DNA of 64,000 nucleotides from Octopus bimaculoides (Eukaryota), in contig NC_068995.1 of assembly GCF_001194135.2 (NCBI RefSeq), forward strand, positions 1,406,624-1,470,623, given 5' to 3'. This document shows positions 12,811-24,762 of the stretch, one piece after another. The notes beneath the pieces were generated by a model. The model was not told the DNA's origin. It ran no database searches and saw only the letters and a program-made list of their open reading frames with translations. Position numbers and translations under genes: made by a program. Numbering within the stretch: the stretch's first letter is position 1; each line of letters begins with the position of its first letter.

Positions 12811-12960
12811 CATTGAAAAATACCTTAGGAATGAGAACCCAGGTTCGAAATTTCCCCAAGACAACTGATGAAGGCTGGAGGGTATATCAGCCGAAACGTG
12901 TTAACAACAAACAAGATGAAGACAAATATCCGTCAAATGTAAATAATTCCTCATCTCTTG
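12668..12960. mobile_element. Foldback element with tRNA-like B-box segment and hammerhead-like motif (putative non-autonomous Penelope-like pLTR)
   Basis: 39-bp unique inverted arms 12685-12723 / 12740-12778 (4 differences), extended by (TTA)n/(TAA)n. Minus-strand GGTTAAGAGCGCAGGCTACCAACCCCAAGATTCCGAGTTCGATTCC. Hammerhead core at 12865-12899. Confidence 0.55.
12860..12903 (+). ncRNA. Minimal type I hammerhead-ribozyme-like motif, probably decayed
   Basis: CTGATGA(12865-12871)-A-GGCTG[gagggtatat]CAGCC-GAAAC-GT. The core and a perfect 5-bp stem II are present. The cleavage triplet reads GUG and stem I is weak. Confidence 0.55.
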
Positions 12961-12964
12961 AATA

Positions 12965-13270
12965 TAGAACTGTAATTGAGGAGATGTTGAGAAAATGCAG
13001 TGAAGTAGGGCTGAAGCTAGGTACTTTGCATGGAACTGTGCAACGATACGGACTGATTGGTGAAGCAGTTTCTGAAGAATCAGATAGAAGAATGCACTGA
13101 TCCTCACGTGTAATATATATGGATGATGGGTAAAGCAGCAGTGGGAGACCCAGGTGGATAGAAGGGGAGGGAATTCCAAAGAAAATATGGGCAGGATTGG
13201 CGGAAGCTGATGTCAGGATGTGACAGGTGGAAAAAGATGCTGAGTTGGAGAGGATGTTAACATATGAAAG
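12965..13270 (+). mobile_element. RTE LINE ORF2 3' fragment, decayed
   Basis: Remnants of the 'LHG.E.W ... RRxHW.xHV..MD ... GRPRxxW.EVV' pattern, e.g. GGGAGACCCAGG. Similar to 18010-18420. Confidence 0.55.
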
Positions 13271-13289
13271 CCAGGAAAAATACAAGGAA

Positions 13290-14655
13290 AAAATGTGTGT
13301 GTGTGTGTGTGTACACAAATACATAGAAAGTCAATTTATATGAAAGGTGGATGGCAAGTGAGTTGAGGGACGACGTTTACATCAAAAGTATCAGATAATT
13401 ACTCTGGTATGGATGGATGGCCATGTGACCGAATGGATGATACATACTGGGAGAATAATACCTGGTGGTTGGGATGGTGTGTGTGTGTGTATGGGTGTGT
13501 TGCTGTGAGAGAGAGAGAGAGAGAGAGAATAGATGGAGGAGGATGTGAGATCAAATGATGAGGACAGATTGTTTAAGGTAGGTGGGTTGCGGAAGAAATT
13601 ATGCAATAACATGATGGCCCCTTTTTATGTAAGTTACAGCAACCACCACATACACACACACACACATGCATAAGCATACATACGTATTACATATGCACAC
13701 ACACATGCAACCACATGCACAACTCTGTACACACACACACACCAAATCATCCCCCCCCCTCCTACGTATGTGAACAAGAAGCAATAAAAGCTAAAATTAA
13801 TGATGTTTTAACGAGGACTTTGGAAATATTTGAACAATTCTCCTTTAACTCTCCCCACCCATGTCTTAGATTCTTTCACCACCACCCCTACNNNNNNNNN
13901 NNNNNNNNNNNNNNNNNNNNNNNNNNNNNNNNNNNNNNNNNNNNNNNNNNNNNNNNNNNNNNNNNNNNNNNNNNNNNNNNNNNNNNNNNNNNNNNNNNNN
14001 NNNNNNNNNNNNNNNNNNNNNNNNNNNNNNNNNNNNNNNNNNNNNNNNNNNNNGCACCTGGGGACCTGCTATACCCCCACCCCACCCCCACACACTCTAG
14101 AGATCTGAAGGAATGTGAAGCCCACACTTCCACTGCCCCTCATCCACCCCCAACCTCTTCCTTCACCATTGGCATCAGTTGAACCAAACATTGTGTGCGT
14201 GTGTGTCATTGTTTTATGTTTGTTTTCCATACTAGGCCTGGGTTGTATGGGTCATTTCTGCCCTTGTTGGTGGGCCCCACATCTCACCTACGAGTCCCAT
14301 TTTTGCCTTGCTTTCCATGGCTGGATGTCTTTCCTAACCCCAAACACCTAACCGTGCATTTTGCCATGACACCAGCCCTGAAGAGGTTATTACATCTTTG
14401 ATGTAATCCATCCTCATCATTTGATTTCACATTCTCCTCCATCTAACCCTCACCCTCTCTTTCTCACAGCAACACACACACACCACCACCACCACCACCA
14501 GGTATGTATCATCCATTTGGTCACATGGCCATCCATCCATACCAGCGTAATTATCTGATACTTTTGATGTAAACGTCGTCCCTCAACTCACTTGCCATCC
14601 ACCTTTCATATAAATTGACTTTCTATGTATTTGTGTACACGCACAGACACTCATT
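13290..14655. repeat. Long inverted repeat (~270-bp arms; 139-bp core 13309-13447 vs 14502-14640 with 2 mismatches)
   Basis: Manual reverse-complement alignment. Similarity continues more loosely through 13450-13570 vs 14405-14500. Confidence 0.9.
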
Positions 14656-14775
14656 TTTAAAAAGGTGCACTCAGCTCCAGCCCATTACTGGGTACATTTT
14701 ATTGTGGCACTGGGACTAGAGATTAAAGAATGGCAAGAGGTGAATAAACGGTGATAGTGTGCGTGTGTGTGTGAG

Positions 14776-15003
14776 ATTATTATTAGTTATTTCTTTATTG
14801 CCCACAGGAGGCTAAAACACACACACAGAGGACAAACAGAGACAGACAAAGGGTTTAAGTCGATTATATCGACCCCAGTGCGTAACTGGTACTTATTTAA
14901 TCGATCCCGAAAGGATGAAAGGCAAAGTCGACCTCGGTGGAGTTTGAACTCAGAACGTAATGGTAGACGAATTTCACCCGGTGTGCTAACACTTCTGCCA
15001 GCT
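14776..15003 (-). mobile_element. tRNA-headed SINE (family B)
   Basis: GTCGATTATATCGACCCCAGTG..CTGGTACTTATTT..GAAAGGATGAAAGGCAAAGTCGACC..TTTGAACTCAGAACG..TTCTGCCAGCT, shared with at least 8 copies in the window. Confidence 0.9.
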
Positions 15004-15016
15004 TGACACTGTATAC

Positions 15017-15186
<170 letters not shown>

Positions 15187-15208
15187 GCAGCAGCAGCTCT
15201 GTACTGTT

Positions 15209-15429
15209 AAAGCGGCAAACTGGTAGAATCATCTGCACGTCAGACAAAATGCTTCACAACATTTCTTCTGACTCTTTACGTTCTGTGTTCAAACCCAGCT
15301 GAAGTCAACTTTCATCTTTTCAGTGGGGTCAATAAAATAAAGCACTAATCATGTACTGGGGTCGATGTAATCGACTTTCCATGCTTCCCTCAAAATTGCC
15401 GGCTTTGTATCAAAATTAGAAAACATTAT
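15209..15429 (+). mobile_element. Family B SINE
   Basis: GGCAAACTGGTAGAATC (A-box-like) ... GTGTTCAAACCC (B-box-like) ... GGGGTCGATGTAATCGAC. Confidence 0.85.
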
Positions 15430-15873
15430 GAACAATATTGCCCTAAACTGAGATTTTGGAGTTACTTGTGTCACAATTAGGACGGTAAGATCTTTTAATT
15501 ATGTCCACTCAATTGTAATTAGCATGGACAGTGGTGGTGGTGGTGGTGGGGGTTTGCAACAGGCATGGAGGGCATGGAGGGAGAGGAGTCAGTACAGATA
15601 TGTTTATAATACAATCCTATCAATACCAGTAAACCAGCAAACATTCATGTGATCACTGAATCCAACAGAAATAGCCACCAAATCTCCACAAATCATACAG
15701 TGACCATTTATAATGGCCAGCATATTTACATTGACAGCAAAGTTTAATCTTATACTCCCGGATTTATTAGGACAGTAAAGTTTAACACTAATTCCTCTAT
15801 ACTCCCACACTGAATATATTAAATCAGTGATACTCCCCTGTAAAAATGAAGTGAAGCAGAGAGAGAGAAAGAG

Positions 15874-15911
<38 letters not shown>

Positions 15912-16447
15912 AGAGAGTGAGAGAGATCTGGTGTAAGATAAATCACATCAAAAAGCTGTGAGTCAGTTGGAAGAGGAAGAGGATGAGGAGGAATAGAAGG
16001 AATGCCTGTCGTAGAAAGAGAGACTGTAATCCATAGCTGTATGACATGTGATATTTTAGTAACCCACAACCAACGTCGTTGGCGGCAGATCCTGTTACAA
16101 CAGCACTCTGTAGCTGGAATTAATTTAGCTTACAGCCATATCACATTAAAACATCAAACCTGCTGAATACTTCAGACACAGGAACCGACTGGTAACCAAC
16201 TGGCACTACTACATAATGGCGCAATTGAAAATGGTTTCTAAGGTGTGTTGGTATTGTTGTTGTTGTTGTCAGTGATGGTAGTGGTGGGTGAGAGCAGGGG
16301 TTCAAAGATATAATGCAGGAACAGTTAGTGTGGTGGTGCAGGAGACCATGTGGCCATGAAATTGTATAAAACAGGAATTAAACAACTGGTATTGTAAAGC
16401 TGCTATTAAATACACCTGTTTATAAATATATACATGTATATATATAT

Positions 16448-16714
16448 AAACAATTGTAGCATGGAAGGTGTTTATCAGCCATTTAAAAACACACAAAAAC
16501 TGTTAGATTCACTTCAACATTTAAATTTTGTCAGTGAACAGGTTGCGGTCTCAAAATGATGAAAATATTTTAACAAATTAAATTTTAATGTTGAAGTGAA
16601 TATAACGGTTTTTGTGTGTTTTTAAATGGCTTAGAAACACCTTCCATGCTACAATTGTTTTTGTTTCAGTACACAATCTCAGGTTAGGTCACTTGCTATG
16701 CAAGTACATCTCCA
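16448..16714. mobile_element. Foldback element (~80-bp inverted arms 16448-16528 / 16576-16660) with one-sided extension
   Basis: AAACAATTGTAGCATGGAAGGTGTTT..AGCCATTTAAAAACACACAAAAAC.GTTA.ATTCACTTCAACATT is matched by its reverse complement with few mismatches. No TSD found. Confidence 0.8.
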
Positions 16715-16993
16715 TAAATATATATAAATTTAAATAATAAGGGTGAAAAATTGAATATTAATTTGATTAATAGCAATTTAAAACCAGTGGCCTAGAAAAT
16801 TGAAAAATCTGAAGATTCAGATATATATATAGATCATTATCATCATCATTGTTTAATGTCCATCTTTCATGGGAGGGGTGGGAGAGAGAGAGAGAGAGAG
16901 AGAGAGAGCTAAACATATGTGTAACATAAGGGTTGTAAAGTATATTTTACCAAATGCTAACGTTATCTGCTGCAGAACTCACTATGTTGGTTT

Positions 16994-17028
16994 GGGTTAG
17001 GGTTAGGGTTAGGGTTAGGGTTAGGGTT
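16994..17028 (+). repeat. Interstitial (TTAGGG)n, ~6 units
   Basis: GGGTTAGGGTTAGGGTTAGGGTTAGGGTTAGGGTT, perfect. Confidence 0.9.
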
Positions 17029-17214
17029 GACAGAGTTTTGCCTCAGGTGATGTTGTTTAGGAGTGTCGTGAGTAGCCAAGCCCAGAGTAACACTCAAAGT
17101 AGACAGTCAACTTTTGATACTAACACACACATCTCAGGTTATCAAGTACTTCAAAGTCAACAAAGCTGGTCCTCCTCCTCCTCCTCCTTCTCCTTCTTCT
17201 TCAGGGTGTGTATA

Positions 17215-17520
17215 TGGAGAATTCTTTTGTCTGGAGCTGAAATCTCTTGTATGAAGAAAGAGCTTCAAGATTATATTAAGATCCATGAGGGCTCAAAGCG
17301 TCATAATTTGAGCACGAAAACTAAATATCAGAGATGAGGGACACATGCCATCCATCTCTAACCATTGTTGGTCAATGCAAAGTTTTGCTGGCCACTGCTC
17401 TTGTACAGAACAACAGACCATATCAGGCGTTATATTTAGGAAACTTCCAAACCCTAATAAAGGATGAATTCCATTCAACTCCAATGATGGTATTGCTAGA
17501 GACATTTTCTTTAGGTGCTA
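17215..17520 (+). mobile_element. RTE/RTEX-like LINE ORF2 3' fragment, decayed
   Basis: ILLSGAEISCMKKELQD (cf. ILLYGAETWTMKKE) followed by FAGHCS. Confidence 0.6.
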
Positions 17521-17599
17521 CGTCCAGAATGTAAGGACATAAGCAATTATGTCTTTCTGCCACAATTCTCTGTTTTTTGTTTTCCGTAACAGTTCCTCT

Positions 17600-17930
17600 T
17601 CCTGATATTTAATGCTTCTTTCTTCCAACCATTTCTTCAAGCTTGACATCAATATTATCCTTCTCCCTTCTCTGCTTCTTTTCCCTTTAATCTTTTTTCC
17701 ACTCCTTGCTAAATTCTACTCTAGCCCTCTTTCCTCACCACATGACCAAGAAATCTAAGTTTCCCGGCCCTTATTTCACAAAACAGTTTCTCATTTACCA
17801 CAGCCCAGGTCATCACATCTTCATTAGACATTTTGTATGTCCATGCTATCCTCAATATTCTTCTTAAGAACTACATTTCTCAACCTGTGATCTCTCAGCC
17901 TGGAGAGACTTTCTGGTTTCTGAGCTATGC
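17600..17930 (-). mobile_element. RTE (BovB-like) LINE ORF2 C-terminal fragment
   Basis: Minus-strand FLRRILRIAWTYKMSNEDV ... KLRFLGHVVRKEG ... IKGKRSREGRR. Confidence 0.75.
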
Positions 17931-18009
17931 ACCCTATTATCCAGGTGACTTAATTAGTAATGAAGTGGAGGGTGTTCTGTACACAAAATAGCTGGAGTAA
18001 GAAAAGGTT

Positions 18010-18420
18010 CAGACAGCCCTGTTAGAAAGAAAAGTTTGGGGGTTCTTTCTTTCAGGGAAGAGTAGATTGTATGATGCCTGAGTATGAAGTACAACATTGC
18101 ATGGTTGCCAAACATGGGAAGCAAATGCAAAGAACGTATGAAAGCCAGAAAGAAATGTAGGCAAGCATGCCTTGCCAGATGTGAAATGTTAGTGATGGGC
18201 ACCTGAATGGCAGAGCAGAAATGAACTAAGAGAGAAAGAACTGTGGAATAAATTGGATCAGAAGAAGTGGCAAAGAGAGAGAAACAACATCACTGGTTTG
18301 CATGTGTGCAGTGAGAGGGGGGTAACAGGCTGGAAGGAATGTGTGCGAGATGGGAACAAGTGATGAAAACTGATCAGGGGTTTGAACCTTAAAAAGGGAG
18401 AGCATAAAGGATCTCAGCAA
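18010..18420 (+). mobile_element. RTE LINE ORF2 3' fragment, decayed
   Basis: Remnants of 'F.L..GRLYDAC.RS.TLHG.ETWEANA...ERN.ASM..QMC.VS...RQS..ELREK' with many stops and indels. Confidence 0.55.
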
Positions 18421-19175
18421 GCAATTTATAAAGTTATTTGACACATAAAGGAAACAAAGGCTTAAGATATTACCAGAAACCAACCAGCTGATGTAGTAAG
18501 AAAATAGTATTAGTCGTAATAGTAGTAACGGCTGTGGTAGTAGTAGTAGTATTGAAGGTAGTGGTAATAGCACTAGCGGTGGTAGTAGTAACATTAGTAG
18601 TAGTGGTTTTAATTGTAGTAAAAGTAGCAGTCCCGGACAGAACCATTCCATTCTGGTTCCAAGCACTGCAGTATATGCTAAGCTGAACATTTACATATTA
18701 TCAATCACTTCACATTAATAATGTAAAAACAAAACCAAAAGAAAACAAAAACAGAACTGATCTCCACTTTTAGACAGACTGAAAATCTTGAGGTGGTTTT
18801 TTTTTCAATTTGTTTTTTTTTTTTTCAAAGCCCAAAGGACAAATCAGTGGTGGCAACAGGCACCATGTGACCCTGGCCAGCTTGTTGATAGCTTCTTCCC
18901 AAGCCATTGCAGAAGTCTGCAAAGTCCAAATACCTGGACACCAACATGGAACCACAGAATGAATTTAATGATAGTTACTAAACACAACATCATGAAACTC
19001 CTTTGTTAAAGGTGCTGCAGGCTAGGATTGAAACCAGAACAAAGTGGTTGTGAAATGAACTTCTTAATGACAGCTTTATGGAGCAATATCTATGTACACA
19101 CACATATACACATGTGCATGTGTGTGTGTGTNNNNNNNNNNNNNNNNNNNNNNNNNNNNNNNNNNNNNNNNNNNN

Positions 19176-19218
<43 letters not shown>

Positions 19219-20005
19219 CACACACACACACAAATATATACGTCTATTCATACGTGTGTGTAAATGTGAAGGTGGGAGAGAGACAGAAAGGAATAAAAAA
19301 AAGACTGGAAAGGTGGGAAGAGATAAAGAGTGAAAAGAGTGAGAGAGAGAGAGAGACAAACACAAACACACACGCATGCACACACACGCATGCACACACA
19401 CGCATGCACACACACACACATACATACAGACAAAAGATCTGGTTTAAAGCAGCATGTTGACAAAAGACAATGAAGAGGAATGGAAGATCAGTTTACACGG
19501 CCATTATTACAGCAGTGGTGGCCCAGGGTGGAGGGGTGAGGACTAACTTCTTGCAGGATCAATAACATAGTAAAAATGTGTGTGTGAGTAAGGATGGGGG
19601 GTTGGGGAAGGGGAGTGGTTACAAAGAAACTGAACCAGAGATCCAATGTGGTGGCTGCTGTTGCTATACTGTGTACATAATATCACATTTGTTTCTAAGA
19701 CTATCATCATTATTACCATTATTGTTGTTGTTGTTTGAAGGTCAGTAGATTTGGGGGGAATCGGTGGAGGTGTCGGATGAAGTGCTTTCTGAGATCTGCT
19801 TACATCCCTTACATTCTGAGTTCAGTTCTTGTCAAGTGGTCAAGTTGGCTCTTTATCCTTTCGGGGCCACCAGAATGACATACTGGTCAAGCACAAGGGT
19901 GGATTTAGGCTACTGTCCCCCACCCCCATCAATATTTGTAGCCTTGGACCCATGTTGCAAATTGCTGTCATCATCATCATCATCATCATCATCATTATTA
20001 TTATT

Positions 20006-20064
<59 letters not shown>

Positions 20065-20067
<3 letters not shown>

Positions 20068-20172
20068 CAGTGCATGCCATCAAAGTGATGCTGGGGTACA
20101 AATATACAAAGTTCAATATATCCATCATGATTACCCATCTGATAAGGGTACACCAGGCACATGCATCACAAC
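20065..20172. mobile_element. Interspersed repeat fragment (family E)
   Basis: Highly similar to 55885-56010 (GAGAGCA.TGCATGCCATCA..GTG...CTGGGGTACAAATATAC...CCATCATGA.TACCCATCT.ATAAGGGTACA). Confidence 0.75.
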
Positions 20173-22539
20173 TAGACACTTGCGAAAGGTGCCATGCAGT
20201 GGTACTGAACCCGGAACCATGTGGTTGGTAAGCAAGCTACTTACCACACAGCCACTCCTGCATATTCACAGATATATTCATCCAAATCCTTCAACACATA
20301 TACTCAGATATACACATACACATACATACACACACAAGAACATCTCTGCATGCACGCACACACACACACACATGTAGACCAATTCAGGCACCCACACACA
20401 TACAACAACATACATACTCGTTAAAGAGAAAGAGAGAGTAATTAAATGTTTCCTGTGAAATTAATTAACTGATTATTGCAATCACAGTTGTTTCACTAAG
20501 CCAGCAACTAATTAAATCTTAGAGTCGTTTAGAAAACGATTTTCTCATCACTAATGTTAATTACAACTTCTTGCCTTACTACATTAACTATACTAATACA
20601 TACTTGACTGTTAAGATTCCATGCAGCAATGTCCCTGGGTTATTTCAAATTTATAACACCAGGCATTGTTGTGTGGTTGTAAAGTTCACTTTGCAACTGA
20701 GTGGTTTCAGGTTCAGTTCCACTGCATGGCACCACCTTGGGTCAGTCAAGTACCTTCTACTATAGCTCTGGGCCAATCAAAGCCTTGTCAGTGAATTTCT
20801 CTTTACCGTTTTTGGACTGTGATCATGCTGGAGCATATGAACAAAGCAACACTGGTGGTTAACCAGTGGTAGGGAACATACACACACAATGGGCTTCCCC
20901 ACAGTTTTCATCTACCAAATTCACTCACAAGGGTTAATTTTGCTTTCATCCTTTTAGAGATGATAAAATACCAGTTTTTGTACTGGGGACCAATCCTTCT
21001 CATCCCTTTTTCACTTTGTCTCTCCCTCTTAAAGAAATGATTTCTGTTCAGATCTGGAAATGAATGGGTTCCACCTTGGTCAAACAAAAGGTCCATAACA
21101 CTCCAATATGTCATGACATAGCCTCTACTACTGTATCAGGAATTGAGGCCTCAACAAAGGAACTTGTCCCCACTCCTGATTCTTTTTTTTCTTTTCTTAT
21201 TTACTAATTATGTACTTCAATGGTGATTGTTCTAATGACTTGTAACTTGAATAAATGAAAAATTTCATACTTTACAACATCAAGTATACTAGGAACCACT
21301 TGATTAGATTTAATTAAGGGTTTTATTCTTGTACAATTATGCCACCCCATTGCGTGTTTGTGGAGTTTTATAGGTCGTTGATGTTTTCTTCTTAATTACC
21401 TCTTCATTCTTGTAATTTAGCTGTTGTTTTTATTGTTATTGTTGCAAAATAAAACTGTTTTTGTTTTATTACTAACGATAATTGCACAGTAATATTTCGT
21501 GGATGTGAAACCATTGGTCACTCAATGACCAGACTTTCACTTCACTGCTTTAATGCTCTGTTCTTTCGAGCGAGCTTCTTATTCAGATTCATGATAGGCT
21601 GACAAAGGCGGTGCTAATATTTGAAGCAACCAGAATGGATGCAAAGAGAGACATCCATTCTCTTTAACAATCTGGGTCTGATTTCCTTTAATAACAGCTA
21701 CAAAAACATATAAGCATATTTTTCTAATTGATGCCATAAACCCCAATTATGTACAACAGTGTGAAAGGGTCTTAAAAGTAAGAATTAATTTATGTTAATG
21801 AGGATTGTCTGTCAGATGAAGTCAGAGTAATTAATTAATGCTTCAGTTTTACTTCAGTTGTTTTACAATCAATGTTAACAAGCCACAGAGGAAGCCTCTA
21901 TGTGGTTGCTTGATCTGCTAGAAACAGCAGCAGAATACTATTGAAACCCACAAGAGCAGGACACATTGGATGATGTGAATCCTCACAGTTGGAATGCAAT
22001 TGATCATAGGCTTGTTCTAGTCTGGGTTAATCCAGGGCTAAACAGTAAACTAGCATCTAAATCGAACTAGCATCTATTCTGATGTATCACTCATAGAGGG
22101 AGGATGGATAAGTAGGGACAGTATAGGATTATAGTAAATTCATGCAAAATGGGTCCCCGAAACAACTCAAAGAATCACACAATGCAAATCATTTTGAATA
22201 CCTTTTGGACTGCTCTGGCAACAAATGTGATACCTTAAAGGTAAAAAAAAAAAAAATCATCATTGGTGAAGCAACCTGGACACACCATGACAAATTGGGG
22301 AATAAACAAGGAGTATGGAAGGGAAACACCTGTAATTTGCTATCAGGAAAATTTATGACGACAGTTTTGGGGACTTCCTAAGGACCAATTTTCAGGAGGA
22401 GTAAACTAAACAATGAACAGTGTTATGATGAAATGTTACAGGGACACTCTAAGGTTTGTTATTTGAAGCAAACATCAAAGATTACAGTTGAATGGTGTTG
22501 TGTTGTTGTACAATAATATCTGTCTGACTGCCCCCCCCC

Positions 22540-22792
22540 CCTGCTGGGGGCACGTAAAAAAGCACCATTCGAGCATGGTCGATGCCAGTGCCACCTGACT
22601 GGCACCCGTGCTGGTCGCATGTAAAAGGCATCCACTAACACTTGGAGTGGTTGGCATTAGGAAGGGCATCCAGCTGTAGAAACCTTACCAGATCAGCTTG
22701 GAGCCTGGTGCAGCCTCCTGGCTTGCCAGTCCTCAGTCAAACCGTGCAACTCATGCCAGCATGGGAAGTGGACGTTAAACGATGATGATGAT
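22540..22792 (+). mobile_element. Family D LINE-tail/SINE-like repeat with (GAT)n tail
   Basis: GGTTGGCATTAGGAAGGGCATCCAGCTGTAGAAAC...CCATGCCAGCATGG...GGACGTTAAACGATGATGATG. At least 8 related copies in the window. Confidence 0.85.
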
Positions 22793-23679
22793 TCTGCTGG
22801 TTCCACCTGAAATGTCCTGGAAACTGAAATCCAAGATATTAGAGTCCAGACCTTGTTCCGTCAGAATATCAGGTGCCAACTTCACACAGAGAGGCCTTAA
22901 AAGCCTGTTGATTTGCCATGGGCCAAGAAAAAAAAAAAAAAATGGTGCCTATTTGGTCCATCATTTAACCATAAACATTTTATTCTGGGAGAAGAAAGGA
23001 AGACCATTGAACAAAGATGAAACAACAAGGGTAGCGAAAAACAAAGGAATTGTATTAGAAAATGGTTTATTCATTCTTTTCAGAGATTTATTATTGTTTT
23101 AAGGAATTTAGAAAAAAAAAATCCAAAATTTAGAATAATTAATGAAAAAAAAAATGGAATGGTCAAGTTTAATGTAACAACAACTTAGCTGATATTTCAA
23201 GTTCAAACCTTCAGAATAATGGCAAGTGTAGCACCAAGAGTAATGCCAAGAGGGAGGCCACTTTTAGTGATGTATGTGCAACTAATTTTAACTAATTTTC
23301 CACCAATAGGTAAAGAAAAAAAAAACCCAATAAACGGAATGGATAAATTGGATTGTGGATAATTAATGACTCCCCCACCACACTTATCATGATATCATCT
23401 CTCAGCCACTGAATATCATGAAACTAAAGAGAAGCACCACTGACCCCTCCATGAAAAGGAAGAAAGGAACAAAGTTTGAGAGAATTTGAAGAAGAAGGTT
23501 TCTTCTTGTATTTCTTGCATTCAAGAAGCCAAAAATCTCACTGGTCCTCACTTGGGATTTCTATATTTGATGTCTTCCAAGTCTGAAGAAATGTGAGATC
23601 ATGGAACCCAGACGGAGAAACAGTTAGAACTCCACATCACACTTTGAATTAGTTTCTTGCTTTTGTTTTCTGTCTTCAG

Positions 23680-23842
23680 TTATTGAAAACATCTGGTAAC
23701 CAAAGCATCATGAGATCTGATCTCACCATTGCTTCCCATGACAAATGGAAACTTAAGAAAGAATGGTGGAATCGTATCTTTTTAAGATCCTCGTCCTCAC
23801 AGAAGAGATCACACAAGTTCGAGAAGAACGGAGTTTTACGCT
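23680..23842 (+). CDS. Candidate exon, unknown product (LLKTSGNQSIMRSDLTIASHDKWKLKKEWWNRIFLRSSSSQKRSHKFEKNGVLR)
   Basis: Strong acceptor tttcttgcttttgttttctgtcttcag and donor CT|gtaagt. The 163 nt have one open frame and are locally CpG-rich and non-repetitive. No homology recognised. Confidence 0.35.
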
Positions 23843-24408
23843 GTAAGTGTAGACCTAGCCAATCCATCCATGCCAGCTTGGAAAAGAAAACAGATGTTGA
23901 ACAAGGCATTGGGAAGGTCCACACGGTCACTCAAATTATTAGACATAGAAGCTAAATCTCCCTCATCTAAAAAAAAAAAAGAGGATACATTGAGTAGGCA
24001 GACCTTCCTGTAAAAAAAAAAAATCCAGATGGGATGGTCATGGCTTAAATATCTTTGAGTAAAGGCCTGTCTGTTGGATTAAGATAGACCTAGGGCTAAA
24101 CAACAACAATAAACATATTGAATAAAATGATGATGATGGTGATGATGGTTACAGTAAGAATTGTCATTTTGTGTGCACGTGTATATATATGTATGTATGT
24201 AATTGTGTAGAGAGTGGGGGAAGTGTAACAGGAAGTGCCACATCAACTGGTTAGCAAGAGATTGGAGAAATGTGGGATCAGGGATCAAATCACGAACTGG
24301 GCCCAAGGGAAGTATTGAAATAATAGGAAGAAATGTCTCAGGAGACATACCTCTGTCTATTTAAACATTTAACGGGTGCGAGATTATATAACACAGCTCA
24401 TGCAACAA

Positions 24409-24451
<43 letters not shown>

Positions 24452-24689
24452 CACATACACACTTGTAAATAGGATATAAAAGTGTGTAGAATGGTAGAAA
24501 AAAAAGAGTGAAAGAAATTATATGAAGTTACACAAATAAAAAAATGGATCTACTTTATGTGTGTGTGTGTCCATATATATATGTGTGTATATTAAAAAGT
24601 ATGTACACATGTATGATATATACACATGCACACATACAGATATATACATGTGTGTGTACATACATATAAAAAAAGCATACATACAAGTG

Positions 24690-24762
<73 letters not shown>

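Noticed and set aside
15604-15829. Minus-strand open frame after a strong acceptor (GSITDLIYSVWEYRG...)
   Set aside because: The acceptor derives from a (CT)n tract, there is no convincing donor, and the peptide is not recognisable.
16994-17028. True telomere or chromosome end
   Set aside because: Only ~6 units, with ordinary sequence on both sides.
21500-21760. Possible transposase remnant on the minus strand
   Set aside because: Only vague similarity, multiple stops, no catalytic motif or TIR.
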